From: Octopus sinensis
Lineage: Eukaryota
DNA: 64,000 nucleotides
Direction of reading: 5' to 3'
Assembly (NCBI RefSeq): GCF_006345805.1
Contig: NC_042997.1
Location: 166,346,001 to 166,410,000, forward strand
In this document: piece by piece, positions 38,778 to 51,807 of the stretch
Layout: every line of letters starts with the position of its first letter
Position numbering within the stretch: the first letter of the stretch is position 1
The notes under the pieces: model-generated
Seen by the model: the letters and a program-made list of their open reading frames with translations, nothing else
What the model was told of the DNA's origin: nothing
Databases searched by the model: none
Made by a program: the position numbers and the translations under genes

Positions 38778-40484
38778 GGTTTCAAATTTTGGCACAAGGT
38801 CAGCAATTCCGAGGAGGTATGATGAGAATGGCAACAACAAGCATTCATCACTGCTTTAATATTACTTCTTCCACACAGGTATATGTTGGACAGTTCTGTT
38901 GTACACTGACACAGCATATAATTACATATCTCCATCTTTTGTCATCACTTCCATGAATCCCAGTATCCTGAAATCTGACAGGAGTAGTTCTTTCCATATC
39001 TCCCATTAACATTCTCCACTGAGAGGACTCTTCAGAAATTGATAAGCATCCATACTAGTGAAGTTGTCTCAGCTCACCTGCATTCTGTTAGTCTATCAAA
39101 GATCTCACAGCATATAATATGTACCAATTTATTACAGAGCTTATCAAGGTGCTAATATTATTATATTGAGAAAAAATAGTTCTAATGCTACTGAATACAA
39201 TATTGGTACAGAAGAAATTTTTTTTTAAATGTTTCAAAATATTTTAAAGACTGATCAAGGTGAGGTTAATATATGAAATATCAAATAACCTTTCTAAAAA
39301 GATCTTCTTTCCATCCTCTCAAATACTTCCCCCATTTCCTGTTTTGCAAGTTACGTGGCCACCCCATTAGTACCAGTGGTACAAGGAAAGCACCCAGAAC
39401 ACACTGTAAAATGGTTGACATTAGGAAGGGCATCCAGCTGTAGAAGCCATGCCAGAACTGACATGGAGTATGATGCAGCCCTGTGGCTCACAAGATCCTG
39501 TCAACCCATGCCACCACAGCAAACAGATGTTAAATGATGATGATCTTGCCAACAGGATACCACAGAACTATATAAACATAGTACATTTTATATATATTTT
39601 GAAAACCTTATGATCAAACTTATAGCTACCAGCATCGGAAACAACATATTTTACCAATTCTCTCAAATTTACCTTCATTTATAGTCCTTGTTAAATTTAG
39701 AACATATACCCAGAATAAATTATGCCCTCTTATTTGTATGCCTGTGTTCTTGTAGCTTACTTAAAAAAAGAAAGGTTAGACTCCTGCTAATAGCTTCAAT
39801 ACTGTGTAATTAAACGCATTGCAAGAACAGAATATGATTACAGACAATTAACATCTTGAACTTAAAATGTCGTTTATTTGGGCATTTGGCTGAGTAATAA
39901 AATTTTTGATATTATATCATTAATAATAATTAATATCATGTTTCTTATAAATTAGTCAGAAGTGGAATAGTTATGCCTAGGGTGGAGAAATCAATGCAGT
40001 TGATAACCATGTTGAACATTTGCAAATCAGTGTTAAGTAAACTCCAGGGGCTTCCGTGCTGGACAATGTGTTTATAACAATTAGGTTGAGTAGGAAGAGA
40101 AGGAATAAAGCAATTGTATAATAAACTGTAGAATAAAGCAGATGCAGTTATAATACTGATAGAAGAAACAAGAGGACACTGCATTAGTGTTTAAGCTAAT
40201 GATTTGCAGTGTGTTGGTGAGAAAATTGTCAATGAGTATCCCATTACAAATTTTTCAAAAACAAAAGTAAACTGTTCAATTCAAGATCAGCTTTGCATAT
40301 GTTAAAGTGTATAAGCTAGCATTCAATAAAATCTTGTACAGATTATGTATCATTGGTTAGGAGTTAGAGTTCAAGGTTAGGGGTCGTTTTAGGATTTAGG
40401 TATAGAGTGTATGGTTGGGATTAGGGTTTAAAATATATGATGGCAATGGTTGGAAAGCAGTAGTTCTGGTGAAATTACTTTGCA

Positions 40485-41024
40485 CCAGGGGTGTAACCAG
40501 CCCACTTATGTGTACCTTTCCTTCATTGGACACTAAACTGTTTACGAAGACCTGTTGAGGCAAGTGAAATCAAATACGATGATTAGCATCCATGCTAGTG
40601 GAGCGCTAAGAGTACCATACGAGCGTAATCGTTGCCAGAGCAACAAGCTGGCCTCCGTGCTGATGGCACGTAAAAAGCATCACTTGAGCGTGATCGTTAC
40701 CTGCATCGCCTTACTGGCACTTACTGGCACATGAAAAAACATTCAAGCAAGGTCATAGCCAGTGCTACTGGACTGGCACTTGTGCAGGTGGCACATAAAA
40801 AGCAACATTTGAGCATGGCTGCTGCCAGTACCGCCTGACTGGCCCTCGTGCCGGTGGCACGTAAAAGCACCAACTTTTTGGCGTTAGGAAGGGCATCCAG
40901 CTGCAGAAACTCTGCCAGATCAGATTGGAGTCTGGTGCAGCCATCTGGGTCGCCAGACCTCAGTCAAATCGTCCAACCCATGCTAGCATGTTAAGTGGAC
41001 GTTAAACGATGATGATGATGATGA
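40485..41024 (+). mobile_element. RTE 3' UTR and tail fragment
   Basis: Colinear with 13541-14120; ends GTTAAAC(GAT)n. Confidence 0.88.
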
Positions 41025-42065
41025 CACATCTGTAGCACATGTACCAAAACCAAAATGAATCAGACTATTTACTTTTTGTTTTGAATAATTGCTACTTCAG
41101 ACTGTAAAGTACAGGATACTTATATATCAGTTGACAACTTCAGTATAACAATGTAAAAGCTCCAGCATGGATGTAAGTAGTAATGGTTTGAGAGCAGCAT
41201 GTAAGCACTGATGGTTATTTTGTATTGTGATTAAAAAATTTCTCCAGAATCTCGGAGAGGATTATGTACACATTTATTGTTACATTGGTTTATCTTTATT
41301 ATTTTTATTTATTTATTACTTTTGCAATATGGATAAATATTTCTACAGCATGTCAGTCTGTTCGAGATGATATTTTAAGAATTGTACAAACCGACACCTC
41401 TTTTCTCTTCTTTCCTTGCTCTCAGAGGGACATAGATCCGAAAAGTTAAAACTCTGAACTTAAGGTAAATTAATTTATTGCCAAGACAGACTTTAATCAT
41501 CTTCCTCGGGTTTACATTTTCCCCCCTTATGCAATCAAAAATACGAAGAATACCCAATAAAAAAACGTCTGCATTAGAACTGAATACAACTTTGGAGCTG
41601 GTAATCCAAACTTCATCTTCATAAATTGTTATTGTACCTTTATACAACTTCTCGACTGTTTCAACCCTATAAAATCTGTGAACTTATGCATAAGCTATAG
41701 TAGAGAACATCGTTGTTGGTAAGGGAGATTTCTATTCAGATGTTAAACATAGAATATTAATAAGATCTTTCCTGTAAATGTTTGCAGAATGGAGAAAAAA
41801 AAACTAATGGACGGATGTAGAAATGCTAACAAAAAAGATTGAGTAGTTCTTTTTGTCATCATACATTAACTAAAGATTATCTAAAAACACAAAGAGGATT
41901 GCATTACAGGTAGTTGCGGGAACTCTAGATAAATGTGACTGTGTGTGTGTGTGTTTACATGAAGTTAAATATGTCTAGTCATAGAGACACCAACGATTTC
42001 GCATCCATATATTACTGCTCTAACTTTTAGAGTGTTCTTTTTCGGATATATGATCCACTGACGAT

Positions 42066-42468
42066 ATATATAATTTGCGTATTCATTTATTGTTGAACAA
42101 TTAAATACTAATGATCTTACTAGAAAAATTATAAACGATCACAATCAGCAGAACATCTTCCGTTACGATGATAGAAATACTCAAAACACGTTGTATTACT
42201 AGCACCTGGAAGTGAAGAAAAAAGGCGTACTCATGAAATATATATACATGTGTATATATCTCGTTTGCGTATTCGTTTATTGTTGAATAATTAATTACTA
42301 ACAATTTTTACGTAAACAAAATTAATAAAATGAATAAAAAAAAGATTACAATTAGCAGAATATCATCCGTAACGAACGTTACAAATTACTCAAAACACGT
42401 TGTATTGCTCTATTGCTTAGCACCTGTACTGAAGAATAAAGGTGTACTATGAATTATATATATATATA
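42066..42468. repeat. Diverged tandem duplication of about 190-200 bp
   Basis: TTTGCGTATTC(A/G)TTTATTGTTGAA...CTCAAAACACGTTGTATT...AGCACCTG...GAAGAA occurs twice (about 42073 and 42264). Confidence 0.85.
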
Positions 42469-42632
42469 TAACACTTGATAATAATTCACGGATCTTATGT
42501 TTTGGTGTAATAAGTAAATAACGTTAAAAACAAAAACTATTTATTGACCATAATCAACAACAAGACGAGCAGCAGCTAAATCATCTGCCTTCCTTTCGAA
42601 GACAGATCTAAGAAGTATATCAAACAACTTAC

Positions 42633-42678
42633 TTGAAATCTAACTCAGTAACTTGAGCCAAGGCTAAGCCAAACACAA
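42633..42678 (-). CDS. TMX3: TMX3 coding exon 2: (V)VFGLALAQVTELDF
   Basis: ttttctttcattgcag acceptor, gtaagt donor, phase 1-2; completes the signal peptide (ALA|Q). Confidence 0.85.
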
Positions 42679-42776
42679 CTGCAATGAAAGAAAATAGATT
42701 TAACATTTCCAACTGCAAAGGAAAGACAGAACATTTCATCACTAAAACAGAACAAGATAAAAAATATTTCTCTCAC

Positions 42777-42810
42777 CGCTTAACACCGATAGAAAAGCAG
42801 CAAGCACCAT
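42777..42810 (-). CDS. TMX3: TMX3 coding exon 1: MVLAAFLSVLS (signal peptide start)
   Basis: aagATGg start context, gtgaga donor, phase 1 compatible with exon 2 across a 98-bp intron. Confidence 0.82.
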
Positions 42811-43027
42811 CTTCAGCACTATAAACACAACAGGACCGAAACACAACTAATATTTTTATTTCGAAAATTTTTCAAAATCGAATATAAGGAAATAATTTTA
42901 GGTAAATAATTATTAGTCTATTATTTTAAAATTATTGGAAGTAATGAATGTGTAATTTTGGCATTTTTAATAAAAACATTGATTTTTATCATATTCACTC
43001 CCTTTTAAGAAGCATTAACTTTTTAAA
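42811..43027. promoter_or_regulatory. Shared bidirectional promoter and 5' UTR region of TMX3 and PFDN4
   Basis: 217 bp between divergent ATGs; transcription starts not determinable from sequence. Confidence 0.7.
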
Positions 43028-43051
43028 ATGGCTGCGACAATGAAAAATGCG
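43028..43051 (+). CDS. PFDN4: Prefoldin subunit 4 exon 1: MAATMKNA
   Basis: aaaATGg context, gtgaga donor, phase 0; matches the vertebrate PFDN4 N-terminus MAATMKKA. Confidence 0.9.
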
Positions 43052-43436
43052 GTGAGACAACTTTAATACACACTTCTTTGATATTCTGTTTTCAATAATA
43101 ACGTATTTTCAAAATCTTATTTGAATCGTCAACTATATAAATATCATTGCAAGAGGGAAATCAGAATTTGTCATTCATTTCCATGCTCACTCTCATCCCT
43201 CTCCTGGCAAACTCTTCATTCATCTGTTTGATTCGTCAGTAAAATTGTTTCGCATCATTTACACACCAGGAATATCTATGAAAATAAAATCTTTTTCCAA
43301 AATGTTATATTTTATATCAATATAAGATACACATTTCCTAATAACTAATTTTACTATATGATCACAAGTAAACTAATTCATTCTGAGATCAATCTGCTTT
43401 TAGGTTTGATATTTTCCTGACAGCTATGCTAAGACG

Positions 43437-43481
<45 letters not shown>

Positions 43482-44626
43482 ACTAATTCCACTTCAATTT
43501 TCCACGAGTTGAAACTATGCGAAATCAGTTGATTAGCTCTTTATTATTAACAATAATGAGCTACAACTCCTGAATCTATCAAATGTGATATTTCATTTTT
43601 TTTTTTTTTTTTTTCGACTAATGTTATCAGCGGACAGAAATTGTTATAATCAGTTACTGTAATTTTTATGAATGTGATGCATCTAAGTATCCAGAAAATT
43701 GTTAAACCTAGTGAAGTGGGGTGACATGATAGTTTAGGGTCTAAGATATGTAATATAGCTAGTTGAAAATCTCGCTGAGATTATCCAAGCGGTTAGACAA
43801 GACGCCCTTCATGGATGTTTACAATTTAAAAGCAACGAGAAAAAGAGAAAAAACCCCAATGAGATCAGTTAACCAAAATTTTTGGAAAATAAAAACGATG
43901 CAGTTGAGAGCATCAACATGGTCTTTAGTTCCTATTAATTGCTTTTAGTGGAGTTGCCTCCCTTGCCTGAATTTCTATAGGCTTTCTTTTTAATTTTTAA
44001 ATCCTTGGAGTATGTCTTGTCTACTAACTGCAGGATTCATTGAAGTTATCTAAGACTCAACTCTGCTTGCATTTAGTATGCGGAACGCTTTCCTCGGGTG
44101 TTTTACCTCAGTTATATTGTTTATATAGGGTACCGAACGAACTCTATAGTTACGCCCCTTTGAGTTCTGCGTTCAACTGTTCAGGTTGATGAATAAATAC
44201 CAGTTAATGTACTGGATCAATTCAGTCAAGTAACCACTTCTCTACAAAAAAAAAAAAAAACTCATCCATGTATGAAAGAAAGTTCTTCAAAAGATTTGAT
44301 CTGGTAAAAAATGTTGCTGACAGACTTTGATTACTTCTACACTTTTAAGAAATATGACTATCCAATTCATTCATTAAATCCAACATATTTGATATGCCAT
44401 CATTCAGCCTGGAATCACTACATGCAGTAGTTTGTTGTATCTGTTATTATGTAGTCATGATCAGATTTGAAGTGTAAAGTTGAACACATAGATGTTAATA
44501 TTTTAATTGAGGAAAATATTTTCCTTTTCAGGAATATGTGATAGAGTATAATTAAGAATGGTAATGGTGAAGCATTACATAATATCGATAGGAACCAGTA
44601 TACATTGTATAACATATTAATATTAT

Positions 44627-45309
44627 AGCACGACCTTCGAACTTTAGGTCTCACTGAGGAAATGACTAGAGACCGAAGTATGCTGTGCGTGAGAAAACCC
44701 GGCAGGACAAGTGAGACCATAACCCGTGGCCTTCTACATGGGATGTAGCCAGCCCACTTATGCATACCTTCCCTTCTTGGGACACAAAACTCTACTTGTG
44801 AAGACCTGTTGAGGCAAGTGAGAATCAGAATCGAAATCGATCAATGGAAATTGCAGCCGAGATACCAGTGCCGGTGGCACGTAAGAGAACCATCCGAACG
44901 TGGCCATTGCCAGCGCCACCCCGACTGGCCTTGTGCCGGTGGCACGTAAAAAGCACCATCCGTTCGTGGCCATTGCCAGCACCGCCCAGCTGGTCTCGTG
45001 CCGGTGGCACGTAAAAAGCACCATCCGTTCATGGCCATTGCCAGCCTCGCCTGGCCCCCGTGCCAGTGGCACATAAAAAGCACCATCCGATCGTGGTCGT
45101 TTGCCAGACTCGTCTGGCACCTGTGCCGGTGGCACATAAAAAGTACCCACTACACTCTTGGAGTGGTTGGCGTTAGGAATGGCATCCAGCCGTAGAAACA
45201 TAGCCAGATCAAACTGGGCCTGGTGCAGCCTTCTGGCTTCCCAGACCCCAGATGAACCATCCAACCCATGCTAGCATGGAAAGCAGACGCTAAACGATGA
45301 TGATGATGA
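44627..45309 (+). mobile_element. RTE 3' fragment (ORF end, repeat-containing UTR, GAT tail)
   Basis: HDLRTLGLTEEMTRDR coding, repeated GTGCCGGTGGCACGTAAAAAGCACCATCCG units, (GAT)n tail. Confidence 0.9.
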
Positions 45310-45667
45310 AGGTGGCTAGCTAGCAGAATTGTTATCATGTTAGACAAAATGCTTAGCTGCAAAATGACCAGCTTTACGTTCTAGGTTCAAATTCTGCTGG
45401 GGTCAGCTTCGCCTTTTGTTTTTTGAAGGTCGATAAAATAAGTACCAGTTGAGTACTGGGGTCCATGTAATTGACTTACAGCCTCCTCCAAAATTACTGA
45501 CCTTGTGCCAAAATTTGAAACCAGTGTATATAATACTGGTTAGAAGTAAGGATTTTGTTAAATCTCTGTGATAAAATTTGTTTAAAATATTGGACCAGCA
45601 ATATACTGGAATGTACAGTGTTATGATGTAGTTTATATTTTATAAGAAAAATATTCTATTGTTGCAG

Positions 45668-45772
45668 GAAAGTGACGTGCATGTTACTTTTGAAGACCAG
45701 CAGAAGATCAACAAATTTGCTCGGCATAATGCTAAACTTCAAGATCTGAAAGATGAGGTTACTTTAGAAAAG
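45668..45772 (+). CDS. PFDN4: Prefoldin subunit 4 exon 2: ESDVHVTFEDQQKINKFARHNAKLQDLKDEVTLEK
   Basis: ttgcag acceptor, gtaaag donor, phase 0-0; diagnostic VTFEDQQKINKFAR. Confidence 0.96.
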
Positions 45773-48700
45773 GTAAAGGAAATAAATTTTTGATTTTATC
45801 TAATACATCATTGCAGTTTCAAATGTAAAAGTTTAATTGCCCACTAACCTAAGTACACAGTATTGTTTAGTAGTGTCAAGGCAGCGAGTTGGTCGAATCA
45901 ATAATAATGTGTTGGACAAAATGCTTGGCAGCATTTCTTCTGGTTCATTACATTTTGAATTCAGATTTCAATGAGGTCAGCTTAGCTTTTCAGGGTCAAT
46001 AAAATAAGTACCAGTTAAGCACTAGAGTCAATGTAATAAACTAAACCCACTCCTTTCCCCAAATTTCATGCCCTGTGCTTTTAGGAAGAATTATTTGGTA
46101 GTATTATATTCAGTTCCTTCAAATATAATAGGTGTTATATCAGTTGATTGATAATCAGATAGGTGTAAGGGATGGAAAGAAATTATCATTGTTTCTTTTA
46201 TCAACTTTCCATTATATTATTGATTCCTCTGTATACTTTCTTGTAATAAAAGAATTTTAGACATTTTAAGACACCTGAACATTTTTTCTTTCACTGTAGC
46301 ATCATTTGAAAGTATCTCCTTCACATACCTTGTTTACCTCCTCTTTAAGGTTACTTTGTTTAGATAGCCATCAGGTGTAAAGTTACAGCTGTAATATAAA
46401 TAATAGTTACTTGGTTGTAATTTCCTCTTTCAGTCTCTTTCTTAGAATATATTTCGCCAACTAAAACTTATTTAAATCCACATGAAATTCAATTGTTAGC
46501 AGTGGATTGGCAGGATGGTTAAAGCATCAAAATCTTTTTGTTGTATTTGTTATCTATATTGGGAGTTCAAATCCCTCCGAAGTCACCTTTGCCTTTTCAT
46601 CCTTTTGAAATTGATAAAATAGAATCAAGTTCTGAGAGATTGGTATAAATGGCTGTTCTCTACTCCAAATTTCTGGCCTTATGCCAATATTAGAAACCAT
46701 TACTATTTTTGTAAATTCGAATGTGTATTCGAATGCTATGTTCTCAAGGGGAAATAACCTCATCTTCAATTGGAGGAGGTGGTAACCGTCAGAGAAAGGA
46801 TGAAATAAAAGCAATAAGATGTTATGCTTTAATATTTATTACATTGTAACTAACGTTAAAAGTTATCTTTAGAATCTTTAACATAATGAAACGTAGTTAT
46901 AAAAATGTACAAACTTGTGAATCAAAGTAACAGTAAGAAAATTTAGAGAACAGAATTTCCATGGGCCCCAATAGTTATTATATTAAATGTAAATGGAAGA
47001 TATTTTGATTTTAGCAACAAGATTTTTTTCAAACAAAAAAAAACACTATGAAGCATATGTAAGAAGTATGAATGTTGCATGGTTGAGAGACAAGGACATT
47101 AGATATGAAGGACAGAGAGATTTGAGTATTAAATTTCATGAAAAGCAGAACACAAGTAAATTGAGAAATTAGCTGGACATTATAGATTAGAGGGAATACT
47201 ACATTTGTACAGATTATAAAATGAATGATAATGTGTACTTTGTGTGGTTAGATCTAAGGATATGGCCACATCATCGTCTTCATTTAACATCCATTTTCCA
47301 TGCTGGCGTGGGTTGGACAGCTTGATAGGAACTGGTGAGGCCAGGGTGTCACACCAGGTTCCATATTCTATTTTGGCTTAGCTTCTACAGCTGGATGCCC
47401 TTCCTAATGCCAACCACATTACAGAGTGTACTGGGTACTTTTTATATGACACCATCATAGTTGCTTTTCAAGTGGCATCAGCACCAGTGCTTTTTACATA
47501 GGACTTCGGTTTTAGGATCTCAGTTCTGTTGTGGTTGGCAGGTATTCTCAAGTATAACAATGCACGACATATCTCAGTCCTTAGAATGCAAATCTATCCA
47601 ACACTTGTGTGCATGGAAACTTGGATTTTAAAGCCAGGAAGAAAAGTAAACCACTTAACTGTAAAATAGGAGCAGGGCTTATTTGTTCAGTAAGGTAAAC
47701 CTGAGTTAATAAGTTCCTTTCTCAGGGATTTATTCTATGAGATAAATAGTCCAGTTCTTTAATATCACAACCATTGCGCTTCATCTTTGTTATTTAACAT
47801 TTTAAAAGCATGAAGAAGAAAAATAAATTATTTTTTCTGATGAGGGTTTATTTAGAAAGATACCTTTGATCACTTAGAAAAAGTAACTTTCCATCTTCCA
47901 CTCATAACTGATGAATCATGGCAAAATCTTCCCTACTTAGTTTAAGAAATAAAAGTCTCTCATAGCTTTTACTACTTCACATAAATATTTAGAAATTTCC
48001 ATTCCCTCACCATGAGACTGATCTTGGTGTCTTTTACTGCAAATTTAATATTCCTAAACCTATTGCCTGGGAGAACAATTTTCTTGCTGAGAATTTTATG
48101 GAAATTTTGATTTAACTGAAATATTACGCTTGAACATTAATTTTTTTTTAACCAGACACCTATAGAGAAAAAGAAACAAAGAACTGGCCAGCTTTCATAC
48201 CTGTCCTAGCCAAATAAGGAACAAACACTATACATTCAATGGCACAAAATTTGGTCAAAATACAGAAAGCCTTTTACTAGTTTATAAACTGTATATTATC
48301 TCTATCCTAACAATTATCTACTTCTTATATAATATGAAAATTAAGAATAGTTTTAGCTGATATTTGAAAACATTTGATGTGAGAGAAAGAAAATCAAATT
48401 ATTATAAAGAATGATGATGTGCGAAGATATATTGCAAATGTGGGCAAGAAAAATTAGCAATGGCTATTAATTAGGCCTGGGATGTTCAAGTGTATAATTG
48501 TAACTGAATTGTTAAGACTGATTTAAGAAATGAATCTATGGAAGAGCAGTTATGTAATTTTGTATGCTTGAAAATCCAATCATTCAAATAAAAAGTTTCA
48601 ATAGGTGAAGCAATTTGGACACATGATCATCAGGCTGGATAAAGACTTATTCGAACAGAATTCTGTTCTGGTACTTTATTTTGTTAGCCTTTGCTCGTCA

Positions 48701-48785
48701 AAGCACCAAGCTACTGGATATATTAAGTACAACATAAATATCACTGGTATCCAATCAGTGTCAGTGTGAAGACACATGGAAACAA

Positions 48786-48838
<53 letters not shown>

Positions 48839-48844
48839 TATATA

Positions 48845-50388
48845 TCGGGAGCATTAACCTCCGAAAATCTGCAGAAAACAACTTCCGTCACTTTCCAGGG
48901 GGAAAAACTAGAAGTAGTTGATAGCTTCCGTTATCTAGGTGACCAAGTCGGTAGTGGGGGTGGGTGCGCTGAAAGTGTAACTGCTAGAATAAGAATAGCC
49001 TGGGCAAAGTTTAGGGAGCTCTTACCCCTGCTGGTGACTAAAGGCCTCTCGCTCAGAGTAAAAGGCAGACTGTATGATGCATGTGTACGAACAGCCATGC
49101 TACATGGCAGTGAAACATGGGCCGTGACTGCTGAGGACATGCGTAAGCTCGTGAGGAATGAAGCCAGTATGCTCCGATGGATGTGTAATGTCAGTGTACA
49201 TACTCGACAGAGCGTTAGCACCTTGAGAGAAATGTTGTACCTAAGAAGCATCAGTTGTGGTGTGCAAGAGAGACGATTGCGCTGGTATGGTCATGTGGCG
49301 AGAATGGATGAAGATAGGTGTGTGAGAAAGTGCCAATCCCTAGCAGTTGAGGGAACCCGTGGAAGAAGTAGACCCAGGAAAACCTGGGACGAGGTGGTGA
49401 AGCACGACCTTCGAACTTTAGGCCTCACTGAGGAAATGACCAGCGACCGAGACCTTTGGAAATATTCTGTACGTGAGAAGACCAGGCAGGACAAGTGAGC
49501 CCAGCCCACTTATGAATGCCTTTCCTCCCTTGGACACAAAGACCTGTTGAGGCAAGCGAAGTCGATATAGAACCTCATCCGACGACAGGCACCCATGCCA
49601 ACCCCCTTTGCTTGCGAAGACATGTTGGGGCAAGCGAAAGCGAAATCGAAATCGAATTGAACCAGCCAGGATCCCTGGTCTGGTGGTACGTAAAAAGCAC
49701 TATCCGACTCGTGGCCGATGCCAGCGCCGCCTCCACTGGCTTCCGTGCCCGTGGCACGTAAAATACACCAATCCGACCGTACGACAGGCACCCATGCCAA
49801 CCCCCTTTGCTTGCGAAGACATGTTGGGGCAAGCGAAAGCGAAATCGAAATCGAATTGAACCAGCCAGGATCCCTGGTCTGGTGGTACGTAAAAAGCACT
49901 ATCCGACTCGTGGCCGATGCCAGCGCCGCCTCCACTGGCTTCCGTGCCCGTGGCACGTAAAATACACCAATCCGACCGTACGACAGGCACCCATGCCAAC
50001 CCCCTTTGCTTGCGAAGACATGTTGGGGCAAGCGAAATCGAAATCGAATTGAACCAGCCAGGATCCCTGGTCTGGTGGTACGTAAAAAGCACTATCCGAC
50101 TCGTGGCCGATGCCAGCACCGCCTCGACTGGCTTCCGTGCCGGTGGCACATAAAATACACCAATCCGACCGTGGCCGTTGCCAGCCTCGCCTGGCACCTG
50201 TGCAGGTGGCACGTAAAAAGCACCCACTACACTCACGGAGTGGTTGGCGTTAGGAAGGGCATCCAGCTGTAGAAACATTGCCAGATAAGACTGGAGCCTG
50301 GTGCAGCCTTCTGGCTTCCCAGATCCCCGGTCGAACCGTCCAACCCATGCTAGCATGGAGAACGGACGTTAAACGATGATGATGATGA
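48845..50388 (+). mobile_element. Young 5'-truncated RTE LINE copy in PFDN4 intron 2
   Basis: Almost identical to 922-2398 (about six substitutions seen in the coding part), starts directly after (TA)n, 199-bp UTR repeat units, (GAT)n tail. Confidence 0.95.
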
Positions 50389-50648
50389 ATCTCTCTAATT
50401 TAGAGATATAAATATGATTATTATCATCTCCATTGCTATTATTAATGTCATCTACTGCCTCCACTATAGACTGCATAACTAGCTGACTAAGAATATTCAG
50501 CAACAACCATAAAAAGAATGACTATATGGTTAAAGTGTCCAGTTGAGATTATGGTTTAGGGTTCACTCCCTCAACATGAATGCTGTTGGCTGGTGTCTTC
50601 TACTATAGCCAGGTTCTTGTGAGTGAAATTTGGTAGAGGTTTGTTATA

Positions 50649-51057
50649 CAGGGTGGGTCAAAAGTCACGCACAATATAAGTGCAATACACTCTGGAATTG
50701 TCAAATTTTCTATAATAGGATGAAATAAATAAAATAATGATGAATATACATGTATTTGTTCATGATCAACAACATGAATAATAATAATGATTTCAAATTT
50801 TGGCTCAAGGCCAAGAAGTTTGTGGAAAGGGCAAGTCGATTACACTGACCCCAGTATCCAACTGGTACTTATTATTGACCCTGAAAAGGATGAAAGGCAA
50901 AGTCAACCTCAGCAGAATCTGAACTCAGAACATAAAGACAGACAAAATGCCACTAAGCATTTTGCCTGGCGTGCTAACAATAATAATAATGATGATGATG
51001 ATAATGATAACAAATAAAATGTCAAATGTTTTGGTGCATGACTTTTGACCCACCCTG
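50649..51057. mobile_element. Tc1/mariner-type MITE with TA TSD, carrying a nested family B SINE (about 50787-50978)
   Basis: TA|CAGGGTGGGTCAAAAGTCACGCAC ... GTGCATGACTTTTGACCCACCCTG|TA. Confidence 0.88.
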
Positions 51058-51736
51058 TATATGTGTGTGTGTGAAAATGTATATTTCCCTTGTCTTGATA
51101 TCTGCTCAAATTGTAAACAAGAGTCACCATTGTAAAATGGTGTCATTCATCTACTACTGTCCTCAACAAAAGTATGCCTAATGATTGAGGTGTTTGTTGT
51201 TTGAAGGACAAGGGAGATGAGGGCTGGCAACAGGAAGAGCATCTGAGTTGTTGGAGTAGAAAAAACTCTCACTTGATCCATGCAAGCTTGGAAAAATGAG
51301 CATTAAAAAAATAATGATGATGTATCAGCTGATTGATTAATTCAAATTTCTCCTGTGTTCCCCTTTGATGTATATAGACCCTATTGATTTCATAGGCTTA
51401 TATATCGAGATTTTCAGAAATAAGCATTTCTTTGATTTCTCTTCTTTTTTACATGAGAAATGTTAGCAGTTAATTCATTTATGATCCATTATCTTGTGGA
51501 ACTAGAAATTGGATAAGAAATAGTTTGACGAACCCAATTTGAAAAAATGGTTTTTGGTATGTGCTCTCAAGTGTAAATCAGTAATACATTCACTTGGCAA
51601 ACCATAATTACATGATTCAAATGATGTCTGTGCTTTTATTTCTCATTTTGATGTTAGACTACTTATAAAGTCTCATATCACTTTACGCTGGAAATCTTAG
51701 CTGTTAATTCATACATTTTCTTTTCTTATTTTTCAG

Positions 51737-51807
51737 AAACTGTTACAAAATTTAGAAGATGCACTTGATGAATTGCTTCTTTTAGAAGACAATGACAAAC
51801 CAATTCC
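51737..51807 (+). CDS. PFDN4: Prefoldin subunit 4 exon 3: KLLQNLEDALDELLLLEDNDKPI(P)
   Basis: tttttcag acceptor; QNLEDA motif; ends in phase 2 at a U12 donor ATATCCTC. Confidence 0.93.

Noticed and set aside
40350-40432. Degenerate TTAGGG-like run (also 26375-26400, 27455-27483)
   Set aside because: Short and degenerate, and in two cases internal to MITEs; not evidence of a telomere or chromosome fusion
47836-47925. Two CTGATGA boxes
   Set aside because: No paired stem II or properly placed GAAA and stem III; also no convincing C/D snoRNA terminal stem
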